This document shows, piece by piece, positions 1-12,906 of a stretch of DNA of 64,000 nucleotides; position 1 is the stretch's first letter; every line of letters starts with the position of its first letter. Below the pieces are notes generated by a model that was not told the DNA's origin, ran no database searches, and worked only from the letters and a program-made list of their open reading frames with translations. Made by a program: the position numbers and the translations under genes. This DNA comes from Squalus acanthias (lineage: Eukaryota), in the NCBI GenBank assembly GCA_030390025.1, contig CM059431.1, forward strand, positions 97,280,001-97,344,000. Direction: 5' to 3'.

Positions 1-421
1 CTGGCCTTACACACCCACACCTGGTTGTACCAACCACACCTGGCCTTACACATCCACACCTGGCTGTACACATCCAGACCTGGCCTTATACACCCACACC
101 TGGCCATACAGATCCACACCTGGCTGTACAGGCCCATACCTGACCATACACTCCCACACCTGGTTTTATACACACCCACACCTGACTTTGCACATGCACA
201 CCTGGCCTTACACACCCACACCTGGCCTTACACACCCACACCTGGCCCTCACACCCACACCTGGCCTTACACACCCACACCTGGCCCCCTGGCCCACACC
301 TGGCCTTACACGCCCACACCTGGCCCTCTGACCCACACCTGGTCTTACACACCCACACCTGGCCCTCTGACCCACACCTGGCCTTACACACCCACACCTG
401 GTCCACACACCCACACCTGGC
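1..421. repeat. Minisatellite, 19-20-bp unit (CACACCTGGCCTTACACACC), becoming a 39-bp dimer; runs off the window start
   Basis: CACACCTGG recurs every 19-20 bp; the 13-aa periodicity of ORF 25..477 reflects the 39-bp dimer. Confidence 0.95.
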
Positions 422-1013
422 CTCTTGTCTGTACTTCCGACGGTAATCTCTTCTTTCCGCTGTCAAAGAGATTCTGAATTTTTGAGCACATTAAATGTAG
501 TATAAAGTATTACCTGTGGAATATTTTATAGAAGATATTAAATACAAATAAAATCCAATGGGAACCAGCCTAAAGAAGCTAAAGGGAACTGAGTGGAAAT
601 TCTGCAGTGTTTATCTGAAGCCGATGAGTTCTGATTAGAGGCAGTCTGGTGGGTGTCCAATGACAGACGTGTGTCTGCTGGTTCTCAGTGAATAAGAAGC
701 CGGCTGGTTGGCTGAGACGCACAACCACCACTGTCTGTGTTACAGTCAGAACAAAAAATAATATCTCTTCAAGAACTGATACCCCCTTGGCTGCTCCAGC
801 TATTGTGACCGTTTCAGAAGAAACATCAAACTTAAGATGGAATCTGATTCAAATACATCAGCTTTAAACGTGATTCAGACTGAATCTGGCAGTCTAAAAT
901 GATTTAATTCTCTCAGGGAAAATGATCTTGAGATGTTAGAGCAAAATTATATTGTTACATCTGCACACAGCACTCAATTTTTATTTAGCAGTGTCTACAC
1001 ACCGAATCCCCAC

Positions 1014-2349
1014 TTAGAAAGGAGCAGGAGTAGGCCATTCGGCCCCTCGAGCCTGCTCCGCCATTCAATAAGATCATGGCTGATCTTTTACCTCAACTCC
1101 ACTTTCCTGCACTATCCCCATATCCCTTGATTCCCTTAATATTCAAAAATCTATCGATCTCTGTCTTGAATATACTCAACGACTGAGCCTCTACAGCCCT
1201 CTGCGGTAGAGAATTTCAAAGATTCACCACCCTCTGAGTGAAGAAATTTCTCCTCATCTCAATCCTAAATGGCCGACCCCTTATTCTGAGACTGTGACCC
1301 CAGAGAATATAGGCCTAGTCTACTCAATCTCTCCTCATAGGACAATCCCCCCATCCCAGGAACTAGTCTGGTGAATCTTTGTTGCACTCCCTCTATGGCA
1401 AGTATATCCTTCCTTAGGTAAGGAGACCAAAACTGTACACAATACTCCAGGTGTGGTCTCACCAGGGCCCTATATAATTGCAGTAAGACGTCTTTACTCT
1501 TATACTCAAATCCTCTTGTAATAAAGGCCAACATACCATTTGTTTTCCTAATTGCTTGCTGTACTTTCAGTGATTCGTGTACAAGGACACCCAGGTCCCT
1601 CTGAACACCAACATTTCCAAAACTCTCACCATTTAAAAAATACTCTCTTTTCTATTTTTCCTACCAAAGTGGATAACTTCACATTTCTCCACATTATATT
1701 CCATTTGCCATGTTCTTGCCCACTCACTATATCCCCTTGAAGCCTCTTTGCATCCTCCTCACAACTTACATTCCCACCTAGCTTTGTATCATCAGCAAGC
1801 TTGGATATATTACATTTGGTCCCCTCATCCAAATCATTGATACAGATGGTGAATAGCTGAGGCCCAAGCACTGATCCTTGTGGTACCCCACTAGTTACAG
1901 CCTGCCAACCCGAAAATGACCCGTTTATTCCTACTCTCTGTTTTCTATCCGTTAACCAATCCTCAATCCATGCTAGTATATTACCCCAATCCCATGAGCC
2001 CTAATTTTGTGTAATAACCTCTTGTGAGGCACCTTAGCAAATGCTTTCTGAAAATCCAAATACACTACATCCACTGGTTCCCCCTTATCTATTCTGCTAG
2101 TTACAACCTCAAAACACTCTAACAGATTTGTCAAACACAATTCCCCTTTCATAAATCTGCACAATCCTATTATTATTTTCTAAGTGCCCTGTTACCACGT
2201 CCTTAATAATAGATTCTAGAATTTTCCCTACTACGGATGTCAGGCTAATTGGTCTGTAGTTCCCCGTTTCTCTCTCCTTCCTTTCTTAAATAGTGGGGTT
2301 ACATTTGCTACCTTCCAATCCATGGGAGCCGTTCTAGAATCTATGGAAT
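1014..2349 (-). mobile_element. CR1 LINE 3' portion (RT and 3' end), degenerate with internal deletions
   Basis: Minus-strand peptides [47 protein letters not shown] and LVRPHLEYCVQFWSP; CR1-type 3' end GGCCGAATGGCCTACTCCTGCTCC. Confidence 0.93.
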
Positions 2350-2787
2350 AGATACCCCATTTGCTGTGTTCTGTCTCACTCATATACAACTGTCATACAC
2401 TGTACATTTGCAGCACATTTACTAACTTGAAGTTTAATGTATATCTATTCCGTGTGTCAATAAATTACATAATTATATGGGAATCCTAAACATTTCTAAT
2501 GTGTAAAATATAGATACATTAAAACGTTTAGATTTTCTAGCGATTAATTAATGGCCTGTAGTCTGCACTTCAATTTTATAAAATATGCAACAGATTAACG
2601 GTATTCAAAAGGGGTTCGCTGACATCTATTGTACTAATACTGCTAAATGAATATATTTTGGAACTGGTGGAAATATTATTATGTACTCCTATCTAAAACC
2701 AGAGATAAATTGAGATTCATGAACACTGAACTCATTTGAGTCAATCTCACCAACTCAAAGGGAAGAGAGAGGCTCAATCAATCACCA

Positions 2788-5700
2788 TCTCACAGTGTGG
2801 GTTTGTCTCTCTCTCTCTTCCTCTCATAGTGTGGCTCTGTGTGTGTGTCTCTCTATCTCCCTCTCACAGTCTGTGTCTCTGTCTCCCTCTCACAGTGTGG
2901 GTCTCTGTCTCTCTCTCACAGTGTGGGTCTCTGTCTCCCTCTCACAGTCTGTGTCTCTGTCTCCCTCTCACAGTGTGGGTCTCTCGCTCTCTCTCACAGT
3001 GTGTCTCTCTATCTCCCTCTCACAGTCTGCGTCTCTGTCTCCCTCTGACAGTGTGGGTCTCTGTCTCTCTCTCACAGTGTGGGTCTCTGTCTCCCTCTCA
3101 CAGTGTGTCTCTCTGTCTCCCTCTCACAGTGTGTCTCTCTGTCTCTCTCTCACAGTGTGTCTCTCTATCTCCCTCTCACAGTCTGTGTCTCTGTCTCCCT
3201 CTCACAGTGTGTGTCTCTCGCTCTCTCTCACAGTGTGTCTCTCTGTCTCTCTCTCACAGTGTGTCTCTCTATCTCCCTCTCACAGTCTGTGTCTCTGTCT
3301 CCCTCTCACAGTGTGGGTCTCTCTATCTCCCTCTCACAGTCTGTGTCTCTGTCTCCCTCTCACAGTGTGGGTCTCTCGCTCTCTCTCACAGTGTGGGTCT
3401 CTGTCTCCCTCTCACAGTCTGTGTCTCTCTATCTCCCTCTCACAGTGTGGGTCTCTCGCGCTCTCTCACAGTGTGGGTCTCTGTCTCCCTCTCACAGTCT
3501 GTGTCTCTCTATCTCCCTCTCACAGTGTGTGTCTCTGTCTCCCTCTGACAGTGTGGGTCTCTCTCACCCTCTCACAGTGTGGGTCTCTGTCTCTCTCTCA
3601 CAGTGTGGGTCTCTGTCTCTCTCTCACCGTCTGTGTCTCTCGCTCTCTCTCACAGTGTGGGTCTCTTGCTCTCTCTCACAGTGTGGGTCTCTCGCTCTCT
3701 CTCACAGTGTGGGTCTCTTGCTCTCTCTCACAGTGTGGGTCTCTCGCTCTCTCTCACAGTGTGGGTCTCTCGCTCTCTCTCACAGTGTGGGTCTCTCTCA
3801 CCCTCTCACAGTGTGGGTCTCTCGCTCTCTCTCACAGTGTGGGTCTCTGTCTCCCTCTGACAGTGTGGGTCTCTCTCACCCTCTCACAGTGTGGGTCTCT
3901 CGCTCTCTCTCACAGTGTGGGTCTCTGTCTCCCTCTCACAGTGTGGGTCTCTCGCTCTCTCTCACAGTGTGGGTCTCTCGCTCTCTCTCACAGTGTGGGT
4001 CTCTCTCACCCTCTCACAGTGTGGGTCTCTCGCTCTCTCTCACAGTGTGGGTCTCTGTCTCCCTCTGACAGTGTGGGTCTCTCTCACCCTCTCACAGTGT
4101 GGGTCTCTGTCTCCCTCTCACAGTGTGGGTCTCTCGCACTCTCTCACAGTGTGGGTCTCTGTCTCTCTCTCACAGTGTGGGTCTCTCGCACTCTCTCACA
4201 GTGTGGGTCTCTCGCACTCTCTCACAGTGTGGGTCTCTGTCTCTCTCTCACAGTGTGGGTCTCTGTCTCCCTCTCACAGTGTGGGTCTCTGTCTCTCTCT
4301 CACAGTGTGGGTCTCTCGCACTCTCTCACAGTGTGGGTCTCTGTCTCTCTCTCACAGTGTGGGTCTCTCGCACTCTCTCACAGTGTGGGTCTCTCGCTCC
4401 CTCTCACAGTGTGGGTCTCTCGCACTCTCTCACAGTGTGGGTCTCTCGCTCTCTCTCACAGTGTGGGTCTCTGTCTCTCTCTCACAGTGTGGGTCTCTCG
4501 CTCCCTCTCACAGTGTGGGTCTCTCGCTCCCTCTCACAGTGTGGGTCTCTCACCCTCTCACAGTGTGGGTCTCTGTCTCTCTCTCACAGTGTGGGTCTCT
4601 CACCCTCTCACAGTGTGGGTCTCTCGCTCTCTCTCACAGTGTGGGTCTCTGTCTCTCTCTCACAGTGTGGGTCTCTCACCCTCTCACAGTGTGGGTCTCT
4701 CGCTCTCTCTCACAGTGTGGGTCTCTCGCTCCCTCTCACAGTGTGGGTCTCTGTCTCTCTCTCACAGTGTGGGTCTCTCGCTCTCTCTCACAGTGTGGGT
4801 CTCTGTCTCTCTCACAGTGTGTGTCTCTCGCTCTCTCTCACAGTGTGGGTCTCTCGCTCTCTCTCACAGTGTGGGTCTCTGTCTCTCTCTCACAGTGTGG
4901 GTCTCTCTCTCCCTCTCACAGTGTGGGTCTCTGTCTCTCTCACAGTGTGGGTCTCTCGCTCTCTCTCACAGTGTGGGTCTCTGTCTCTCTCACAGTGTGG
5001 GTCTCTGTCTCTCTCTCACAGTGTGGGTCTCTCTCTCCCTCTCACAGTGTGGGTCTCTGTCTCTCTCACAGTGTGGGTCTCTCGCTCTCTCTCACAGTGT
5101 GGGTCTCTGTCTCTCTCTCACAGTGTGGGTCTCTCGCTCTCTCTCACAGTGTGGGTCTCTGTCTCTCTCACAGTGTGGGTCTCTCGCTCTCTCTCACAGT
5201 GTGGGTCTCTGTCTCTCTCACAGTCTGTGTCTCTGTCTCCCTCTCACAGTGTGGGTCTCTGTCTCCCTCTCACAGTGTGGGTCTCTCACCCTCTCACAGT
5301 CTGTGTCTCTCGCTCTCTCTCACAGTGTGGGTCTCTCGCTCTCTCACAGTGTGGGTCTCTCGCTCTCTCTCACAGTGTGGGTCTCTGTCTCTCTCACAGT
5401 GTGTGTCTCTCGCTCCCTCTCACAGTGTGGGTCTCTGTCTCCCTCTCACAGTGTGGGTCTCTCGCTCTCTCTCACAGTGTGGGTCTCTGTCTCTCTCACA
5501 GTGTGTGTCTCTCGCTCCCTCTCACAGTGTGGGTCTCTGTCTCCCTCTCACAGTCTGTGTCTCTCGCTCTCTCTCACAGTGTGGGTCTCTGTCTCTCTCA
5601 CAGTGTGGGTCTCTCGCTCCCTCTCACAGTGTGGGTCTCTCGCTCTCTCTCACAGTGTGGGTCTCTCGCTCCCTCTCACAGTGTGGGTCTCTGTCTCTCT

Positions 5701-8700
5701 CACAGTGTGTGTCTCTGTCTCTCTCACAGTGTGTGTCTCTGTCTCTCTCACAGTGTGTGTCTCTGTCTCTCTCACAGTGTGTGTCTCTGTCTCTCTCACA
5801 GTGTGGGTCTCTGTCTCCCTCTCACAGTGTGGGTCTCTGTCTCCCTCTCACAGTGTGGGTCTCTCGCTCTCTCTCACAGTGTGGGTCTCTGTCTCTCTCA
5901 CAGTGTGGGTCTCTGTCTCTCTCACAGTGTGGGTCTCTCGCTCTCTCTCACAGTGTGGGTCTCTGTCTCCCTCTCACAGTGTGGGTCTCTCGCTCTCTCT
6001 CACAGTGTGGGTCTCTGTCTCCCTCTCACAGTGTGGGTCTCTCGCTCTCTCTCACAGTGTGGGTCTCTCGCTCTCTCTCACAGTGTGGGTCTCTGTCTCC
6101 CTCTCACAGTGTGGGTCTCTCGCTCTCTCTCACAGTGTGGGTCTCTGTCTCCCTCTCACAGTGTGGGTCTCTCGCTCTCTCTCACAGTGTGGGTCTCTGT
6201 CTCCCTCTCACAGTGTGGGTCTCTCGCTCTCTCTCACAGTGTGGGTCTCTGTCTCTCTCTCACAGTGTGGGTCTCTGTCTCCCTCTCACAGTGTGGGTCT
6301 CTCGCTCTCTCTCACAGTGTGGGTCTCTGTCTCCTCTCACAGTGTGGGTCTCTCGCTCTCTCTCACAGTGTGGGTCTCTGTCTCTCTCTCACAGTGTGGG
6401 TCTCTCGCTCTCTCTCACAGTGTGGGTCTCTGTCTCTCTCTCACAGTGTGGGTCTCTGTCTCTCTCACAGTGTGGGTCTCTGTCTCTCTCACAGTGTGGG
6501 TCTCTGTCTCTCTCTCACAGTGTGGGTCTCTCGCTCTCTCTCACAGTGTGGGTCTCTCGCTCTCTCTCACAGTGTGGGTCTCTGTCTCCCTCTCACAGTG
6601 TGGGTCTCTCGCTCTCTCTCACAGTGTGTCTCTCTGTCTCTCTCTCACAGTGTGGGTCTCTCGCTCTCTCTCACAGTGTGGGTCTCTGTCTCCCTCTCAC
6701 AGTGTGGGTCTCTCGCTCTCTCTCACAGTGTGGGTCTCTGTCTCTCTCACAGTGTGGGTCTCTGTCTCTCTCTCACAGTGTGGGTCTCTCGCTCTCTCTC
6801 ACAGTGTGGGTCTCTGTCTCTCTCTCACAGTGTGGGTCTCTGTCTCTCTCACAGTGTGGGTCTCTGTCTCTCTCACTGTGTGGGTCTCTGTCTCCCTCTC
6901 ACAGTGTGGGTCTCTCGCTCTCTCTCACAGTGTGGGTCTCTCGCTCTCTCTCACAGTGTGGGTCTCTGTCTCCCTCTCACAGTGTGGGTCTCTCGCTCCC
7001 TCTCACAGTGTGGGTCTCTCGCTCTCTCTCACAGTGTGGGTCTCTCGCTCTCTCTCACAGTGTGGGTCTCTGTCTCCCTCTCACAGTGTGGGTCTCTCGC
7101 TCTCTCTCACAGTGTGGGTCTCTCGCTCTCTCTCACAGTGTGTGTCTCTCGCTCTCTCTCACAGTGTGTGTCTCTCGCTCTCTCACAGTGTGGGTCTCTC
7201 GCTCTCTCTCACAGTGTGGGTCTCTCGCTCTCTCTCACAGTGTGTGTCTCTCGCTCTCTCACAGTGTGTGTCTCTCGCTCTCTCACAGTGTGGGTCTCTC
7301 GCTCTCTCACAGTGTGGGTCTCTCGCTCTCTCACAGTGTGGGTCTCTGTCTCCCTCTCACAGTGTGGGTCTCTGTCTCCCTCTCACAGTGTGGGTCTCTG
7401 TCTCTCTCTCACAGTGTGGGTCTCTCGCTCTCTCTCACAGTGTGGGTCTCTCGCTCTCTCTCACAGTGTGGGTCTCTGTCTCCCTCTCACAGTGTGGGTC
7501 TCTGTCTCCCTCTCACAGTGTGGGTCTCTGTCTCTCTCTCACAGTGTGGGTCTCTCGCTCTCTCTCACAGTGTGGGTCTCTCGCTCTCTCTCACAGTGTG
7601 GGTCTCTCGCTCTCTCACAGTGTGGGTCTCTCGCTCTCTCACAGTGTGTGTCTCTCGCTCTCTCACAGTGTGTGTCTCTCGCTCTCTCACAGTGTGTGTC
7701 TCTCGCTCTCTCTCACAGTGTGGGTCTCTCGCTCTCTCACAGTGTGGGTCTCTCGCTCTCTCTCACAGTGTGGGTCTCTCACCCTCTCACAGTGTGGGTC
7801 TCTCGCTCTCTCTCACAGTGTGGGTCTCTGTCTCTCTCTCACAGTGTGGGTCTCTGTCTCTCTCACAGTGTGGGTCTCTGTCTCCCTCTCACAGTGTGGG
7901 TCTCTGTCTCTCTCTCACAGTGTGGGTCTCTCGCTCTCTCTCACAGTGTGGGTCTCTGTCTCTCTCTCACAGTGTGGGTCTCTCGCTCTCTCTCACAGTG
8001 TGGGTCTCTCGCTCTCTCACAGTCTGTGTCTCTCGCTCTCTCTCACAGTGTGGGTCTCTCGCTCTCTCTCACAGTGTGGGTCTCTCGCTCTCTCACAGTG
8101 TGGGTCTCTCGCTCTCTCACAATGTGGGTCTCTCGCTCTCTCACAGTGTGTGTCTCTGTCTCTCTCACAGTGTGGGTCTCTCTCACCCTCTCACAGTGTG
8201 GGTCTCTGTCTCTCTCTCACCGTCTGTGTCTCTCGCTCTCTCTCACAGTCTGTGTCTCTCGCTCCCTCTCACAGTGTGGGTCTCTCTCTCCCTCTCACAG
8301 TGTGGGTCTCTGTCTCTCTCACAGTGTGGGTCTCTCGCTCTCTCTCACAGTGTGGGTCTCTGTCTCCCTCTCACAGTGTGGGTCTCTGTCTCTCTCTCAC
8401 AGTGTGGGTCTCTGTCTCCCTCTCACAGTGTGGGTCTCTGTCTCTCTCACAGTGTGGGTCTCTCTCACCCTCTCACAGTGTGGGTCTCTGTCTCCCTCTC
8501 ACAGTGTGGGTCTCTCGCTCCCTCTCACAGTGTGGGTCTCTGTCTCCCTCTCACAGTCTGTGTCTCTCGCTCTCTCTCACAGTGTGGGTCTCTGTCTCCC
8601 TCTCACAGTCTGTGTCTCTCGCGCTCTCTCACAGTGTGGGTCTCTGTCTCCCTCTCACAGTGTGGGTCTCTGTCTCCCTCTCACAGTCTGTGTCTCTCGC

Positions 8701-8960
8701 TCTCTCTCACAGTGTGGGTCTCTGTCTCCCTCTCACAGTCTGTGTCTCTCGCGCTCTCTCACAGTGTGGGTCTCTGTCTCCCTCTCACAGTGTGGGTCTC
8801 TCGCTCTCTCTCACAGTGTGGGTCTCTCGCTCTCTCTCACAGTGTGGGTCTCTGTCTCCCTCTGACAGTGTGGGTCTCTGTCTCTCTCTCACAGTGTGGG
8901 TCTCTGTCTCCCTCTCACAGTGTGGGTCTCTCTCTCCCTCTCACAGTGTGAGTCTGTCTC
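2788..8960. repeat. Minisatellite of 26-bp (and 24-bp) units, CTCTCACAGTGTGGGTCTCT(C)G(T/C)TC(T/C), about 240 copies
   Basis: Direct periodicity; CACAGT core with variable CT tracts; generates the spurious 1500-2000-aa ORFs in three frames. Confidence 0.98.
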
Positions 8961-9148
8961 CCGCTCACAGTAACACTCATTTCTACATCTGCATCACCAA
9001 GTGTGTCATGGCACCTTTGTGATTCAAGTACGAGCCCAGGGTGTCAGGCCTAGGATGTAACTAGTGAGATCAGAGGGTATATCGCAGGATGAAACACAGA
9101 GCACCAGTGAGCAGGGTGGTGGTGCGAGGGGATAGTGAGGAACCCGTA

Positions 9149-10041
9149 GGGGTAGAAATTAGGTCGCGCCCCATTTGGGGCGCAAATATCGTCCGAGCGC
9201 AAATATTAGCGCCTGGCGCTAATTATCGGCACTGACAGGAAACTTCACTTTTACCGCCCCGGGAGGTGAGTGGAGCGCTAAAGCAGGCGCTGCACACCTC
9301 TCTTAAGGCGCAAAGGCCGAGTAGTGAGGCGCTAACTCGGAGCGCTGGCGAAGCTCATGTAATGTCAGTCAGCAATGGAACACACACACAATGGCACGGG
9401 CCAGTTCTTAAAGGGGATGGTTAATCTTGCTTTCCATCCACATCCTGTTCATTGCTGCCTTGAATCTCGGCCTGGAGAGACTTGCACATCAAATGTGCTG
9501 GAAAGAACAATGGAGAGCACCAGGCAAAGAGCTCAGAGTGCAGCTCCCACGGTCTCTGCTAAATCGATACAAGGAATGGCAAATCAAAATGAACCTGCAA
9601 AGTGCTGCTCAGTACCCAAAACTCCTTCACACAACGTTGAATCTCTCCAGAAGTCTCTCCCTCTCTCTCTCAGAATGCGTAGTTCAAAAATGCCACCAAC
9701 AATAAAAGACAGGAAGAGGCCCCCTTTAAATAGCGCCCCCCCCAGCCCCACAGCGATTGATAGCGTTCCAGTCTTCTGGTCGTTGGAAGCGCCAGGCGGT
9801 AAGGCAGGGGGCGCCACTCAATTTCCGCTGCGGGGCGCCCCAAGGGCGTTGCACCATTGAATGACGTCACAATCTGCGCGCGCAGGTGGTCGCAGCGGTA
9901 AGTTTTAGCGCCGCCGCACAATCTCAAGTTAAGTTCTCGAGCGGCGCAAACATCGCTGCGCCCGGGCGTTAGCGGCTTTGCGCCCCATTAGCGCCCTCTT
10001 AAGGCGCTAACGGGTGGCGCAACCAAGTGAATTTTTACCCC
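9149..10041. mobile_element. PIF/Harbinger-type non-autonomous DNA transposon
   Basis: TIRs GGGGTAGAAATT ... AATTTTTACCCC (1 mismatch); 3-bp flanks GTA/GTT; CpG-rich arms with repeated TTAGCGCC/GGCGCTAA motifs. Confidence 0.8.
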
Positions 10042-10095
10042 GTTGTCTTTTCCCGTGGGCAGAGACGGCCCTTGGCTGTGGATCACAGGGACATG

Positions 10096-10281
10096 GGCCT
10101 AGAAATTCATCTCGGGCCGTGGCACAAAGCAGACGGTATCGGACCAGCCGCCCGTTATGCGCAGCACCTTGTAATCAGTTCCATTGACTGGAATGGAATT
10201 GAATATCAGGCACTGTGTATAACAAGCGACCGATCCAATACCGCCTGTTTTGTGGCACTGCCTGAGATGAATTTCTAGGCC
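10096..10281. mobile_element. Palindromic (hairpin) MITE with Harbinger-like ends
   Basis: GGCCTAGAAATTCATCTC ... GAGATGAATTTCTAGGCC, with imperfectly complementary arms of about 75 bp. Confidence 0.8.
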
Positions 10282-10899
10282 TGGGATCCGAGGGGCCCAG
10301 TCTTCAAAAGCTGCTTGATTCAGGGGCATAGATATTGTGTCAGCCATGACTCATTGAAGACCAGTAACTGAGCCTGTGCTCTGTACCAGTGGGCTGTAAT
10401 CATTATAATAATAGTGGCAGTGCAGCTCTACGCATGCAGCCCCCTCATTGCCTGTACAGGTGAGAGTTACTGGCCTGGGCACCATGGGAATTTGACACAA
10501 AGTGATACGACACCAGAGCAGGTACCTCAAGGGTATCAGCGCCACCTCAGTCCTCGAGAACTCCATTGGTGCAGTGTCCTCACTACAAACCTCACAACCT
10601 CCTGGCGCTGAGATCAGAGGTTAGATCCACGTGGATAAAGAGTTTTTGTCACGGTGATCAATATTAATAGGACATCATGAAGATATAATCAGTGAATGTG
10701 GAAATCTTTGGCAGATTGGTGTGTTTGTGGATTTTCTTTACATAAACTTTGGGTTCTCCATCTATTTGTTGATAACGAGTTGTAACTGTCCTTTCCCTGA
10801 AAGGATGGGAAATGTGTTGCAGCTTTGAGTTTAGGTTATTTGTGAGTTTTGCAAAGGTTCCTAAATGGCATCGTGGGCTCTGGAGATGGAGCACATCCC

Positions 10900-11245
10900 T
10901 TCTCCACTGACCTCCAGCGACAAGATGAAGGGGGTGTAGCTGCTCTCCTCCCCCTTCTTCCTCTTCACCTTCGGCTGGTTGAACGCACAATCCTTTCTGA
11001 ACTGCAAAATGATGTAGCTGCCACTGTAACTCTTGCAGGGCTCCCCTCGATCAATCAAGGCAATGGAAGCAGGTCTTCAGAATCCCGATGGTCTGTGCAA
11101 TAATGATGCAGGTAGCACTCAAGCTGTTGTCACTCTTGGTTCTGGGATGGCGCAGTGATGTCATCAGGTGGGTCACCATCCTGACAAATTCCTCTGGCTG
11201 AACAAGGCCAGAGAACAAAGGAATCATGGTAGCTGCAAGTAAGCA
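10900..11245 (-). pseudogene. Fossil PIF/Harbinger (HARBI1-like) DDE transposase, C-terminal part
   Basis: Manual minus-strand translation across frameshifts: SYHDSFVL, LMTSLRHPRT, IIIAQTIGILKTCFHCLD*SRGALQ, then acidic EGEEEEG; TIR-like AATTTCAGGCC near 11480-11490. Confidence 0.75.
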
Positions 11246-11549
11246 TGCATCAGACGCTCACAAGCTGCGCACTCGCAGAATTAAAGCCCTTCCTGTTGAT
11301 GAGATACAGGGACCCTCCATTGGGGGATTTAATGCCACACCGGTTGCATTAACAACACCCTGTACAACATCTCCTCCCCACCAGAATATGGCTGACGCTA
11401 CAAAATGGGGTGGAATCCTGGCAGAATTGGGTTCAGCTGGAAATTCCGGCCACAGGCTCCGCACTTGGGACTGACCAGGAATTTCAGGCCTGTAAAGCGC
11501 ACGGTTTAGGGTGGAGCAAGGAGTTGGTATAACATGTTGGCTCATCAAC

Positions 11550-11740
11550 AGAGAATAGCTGAGGTGAATAGCATAGATGCATTTAAGGGGAAGCTAGATA
11601 AGCACATGACGGAGAAAGGAATAGAAGGATATACTGATAGGGTGAGATGAAGTAGGGTGGGAGGAGGCTCGTGTGGTGTATAAACACCAGCACGGAGCAG
11701 TTGGGCCGAATGGCCTGTTTCTGTGCTGTATATTCTATGT
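11550..11740 (+). mobile_element. CR1 3'-end fragment
   Basis: Encodes DAFKGKLDKHM; ends GGGCCGAATGGCCTGTTTCTGTGCTG..ATTCTATG; same family as 20993-21495. Confidence 0.88.
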
Positions 11741-12477
11741 GTGACAGGGTGACAGAATGCGGATTGTCTGATTTCATCTCTGCTGCTGGAGAGGGGAGAG
11801 AAGGGGAGCGATCGTGGAACTGCAGACGTCACCTCATAGGAAGGGAGATAATGTAAAAGACATGCTCACCACCTCCTTGGTCCCAGGCAGGACAGTTCAT
11901 TGCTCCCTCTGTCAGGAACAGTGCATGAGGGAACTTAAAGTCGACATTAAGAACAAATGTAATCAGAAAGGATAAGATTGATCTAGTGTTTTAACACTTA
12001 GAGCCAACCCAGATGGCAGAGAAGGCGAAGCTGAGAAGCTGCAACAATAACATGACTGATCTCCTGCCCTTACAATATAAACTGACACTGGGACCACTGG
12101 CGTTCTGCCACCATTACACTTATGCAGATGAATGTGCGTTTAAATTAGATCCTTTTTTAAAGAAAAGAAATTATGTAATTCCTTTGAAATGCAAAGTTAT
12201 GCTAAAGTTTCTTTCATGGAAATGTCTGTCACTGAAATGATGGTTTTATGGATTATGTTTTCAGATAATTAATAAAGATGTCAAAAATACACTTCAAAAC
12301 TGCACCTGGTCTATATACATAATAGGCTCTGATTGAAATGGCTCCTGGTTAGTTTTAAACATACTTTAACCACTGCTCATCCAATCGGCAAAAGGCCTCA
12401 TGGGAGGCCCGAATTCCCAACTGTATCAAGTTAAAGCTAAAGCCAGAAATCTGAGAAAATCTAAAGACAAGAAACAA

Positions 12478-12605
12478 GTGAATACTTGAAGCAGAGAAAA
12501 TTTGCAGGGCTCTGGGGAAAAAGCAGGGGAGTGGGACGAATTGGAGAGCTCTTTCAAAGAGCCGGCACAGGCACGATGGGCCGAATGGCCTCCTCCTGTG
12601 CTGTG
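12478..12605 (+). mobile_element. CR1 3'-end fragment
   Basis: AAATTTGCAGGGC..GGGGAGTGGGAC..GGGCCGAATGGCCTCCTCCTGTGCTG, matching 62050-62175. Confidence 0.85.
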
Positions 12606-12906
12606 AGATATAAGTGAGTGTCCGAGAGAGCTTTGACGAGGCAGCCACAAGCAACTGCAGAATTCCTGATGGTGCTAAACCGGTAACGCACTTTGACAGT
12701 GCCTGTTCATACAACTTATTTGTGAAGATCATTTTGGTTGCAAGGTTAAGATGTTTGAGCATGTGTCCCATGTGGCCGGATCCACCTGCGGAATCCTTAG
12801 TCGGTTTGTAGACGCATTGCTTTCATGTGTCGGAGTGCACCGTCTTTGGTGCCGTTTCTGCCGGTGAAGCTGAGCTGAAGCTTGGTATTAGCCATGTGAC
12901 AGGTAT

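Noticed and set aside
464..560. Minus-strand terminal exon VILYTTFNVLKNSESL* after an acceptor-like CCACAG
   Set aside because: Too short, not recognised, and no partner exon is supportable
2736..9022. ORFs of 1588-2075 aa
   Set aside because: They are open in all three + frames because the repeat unit lacks stop codons; there is no protein-like content
9149..10041. Host CpG-island promoter
   Set aside because: The CpG-rich stretch is bounded exactly by transposon TIRs
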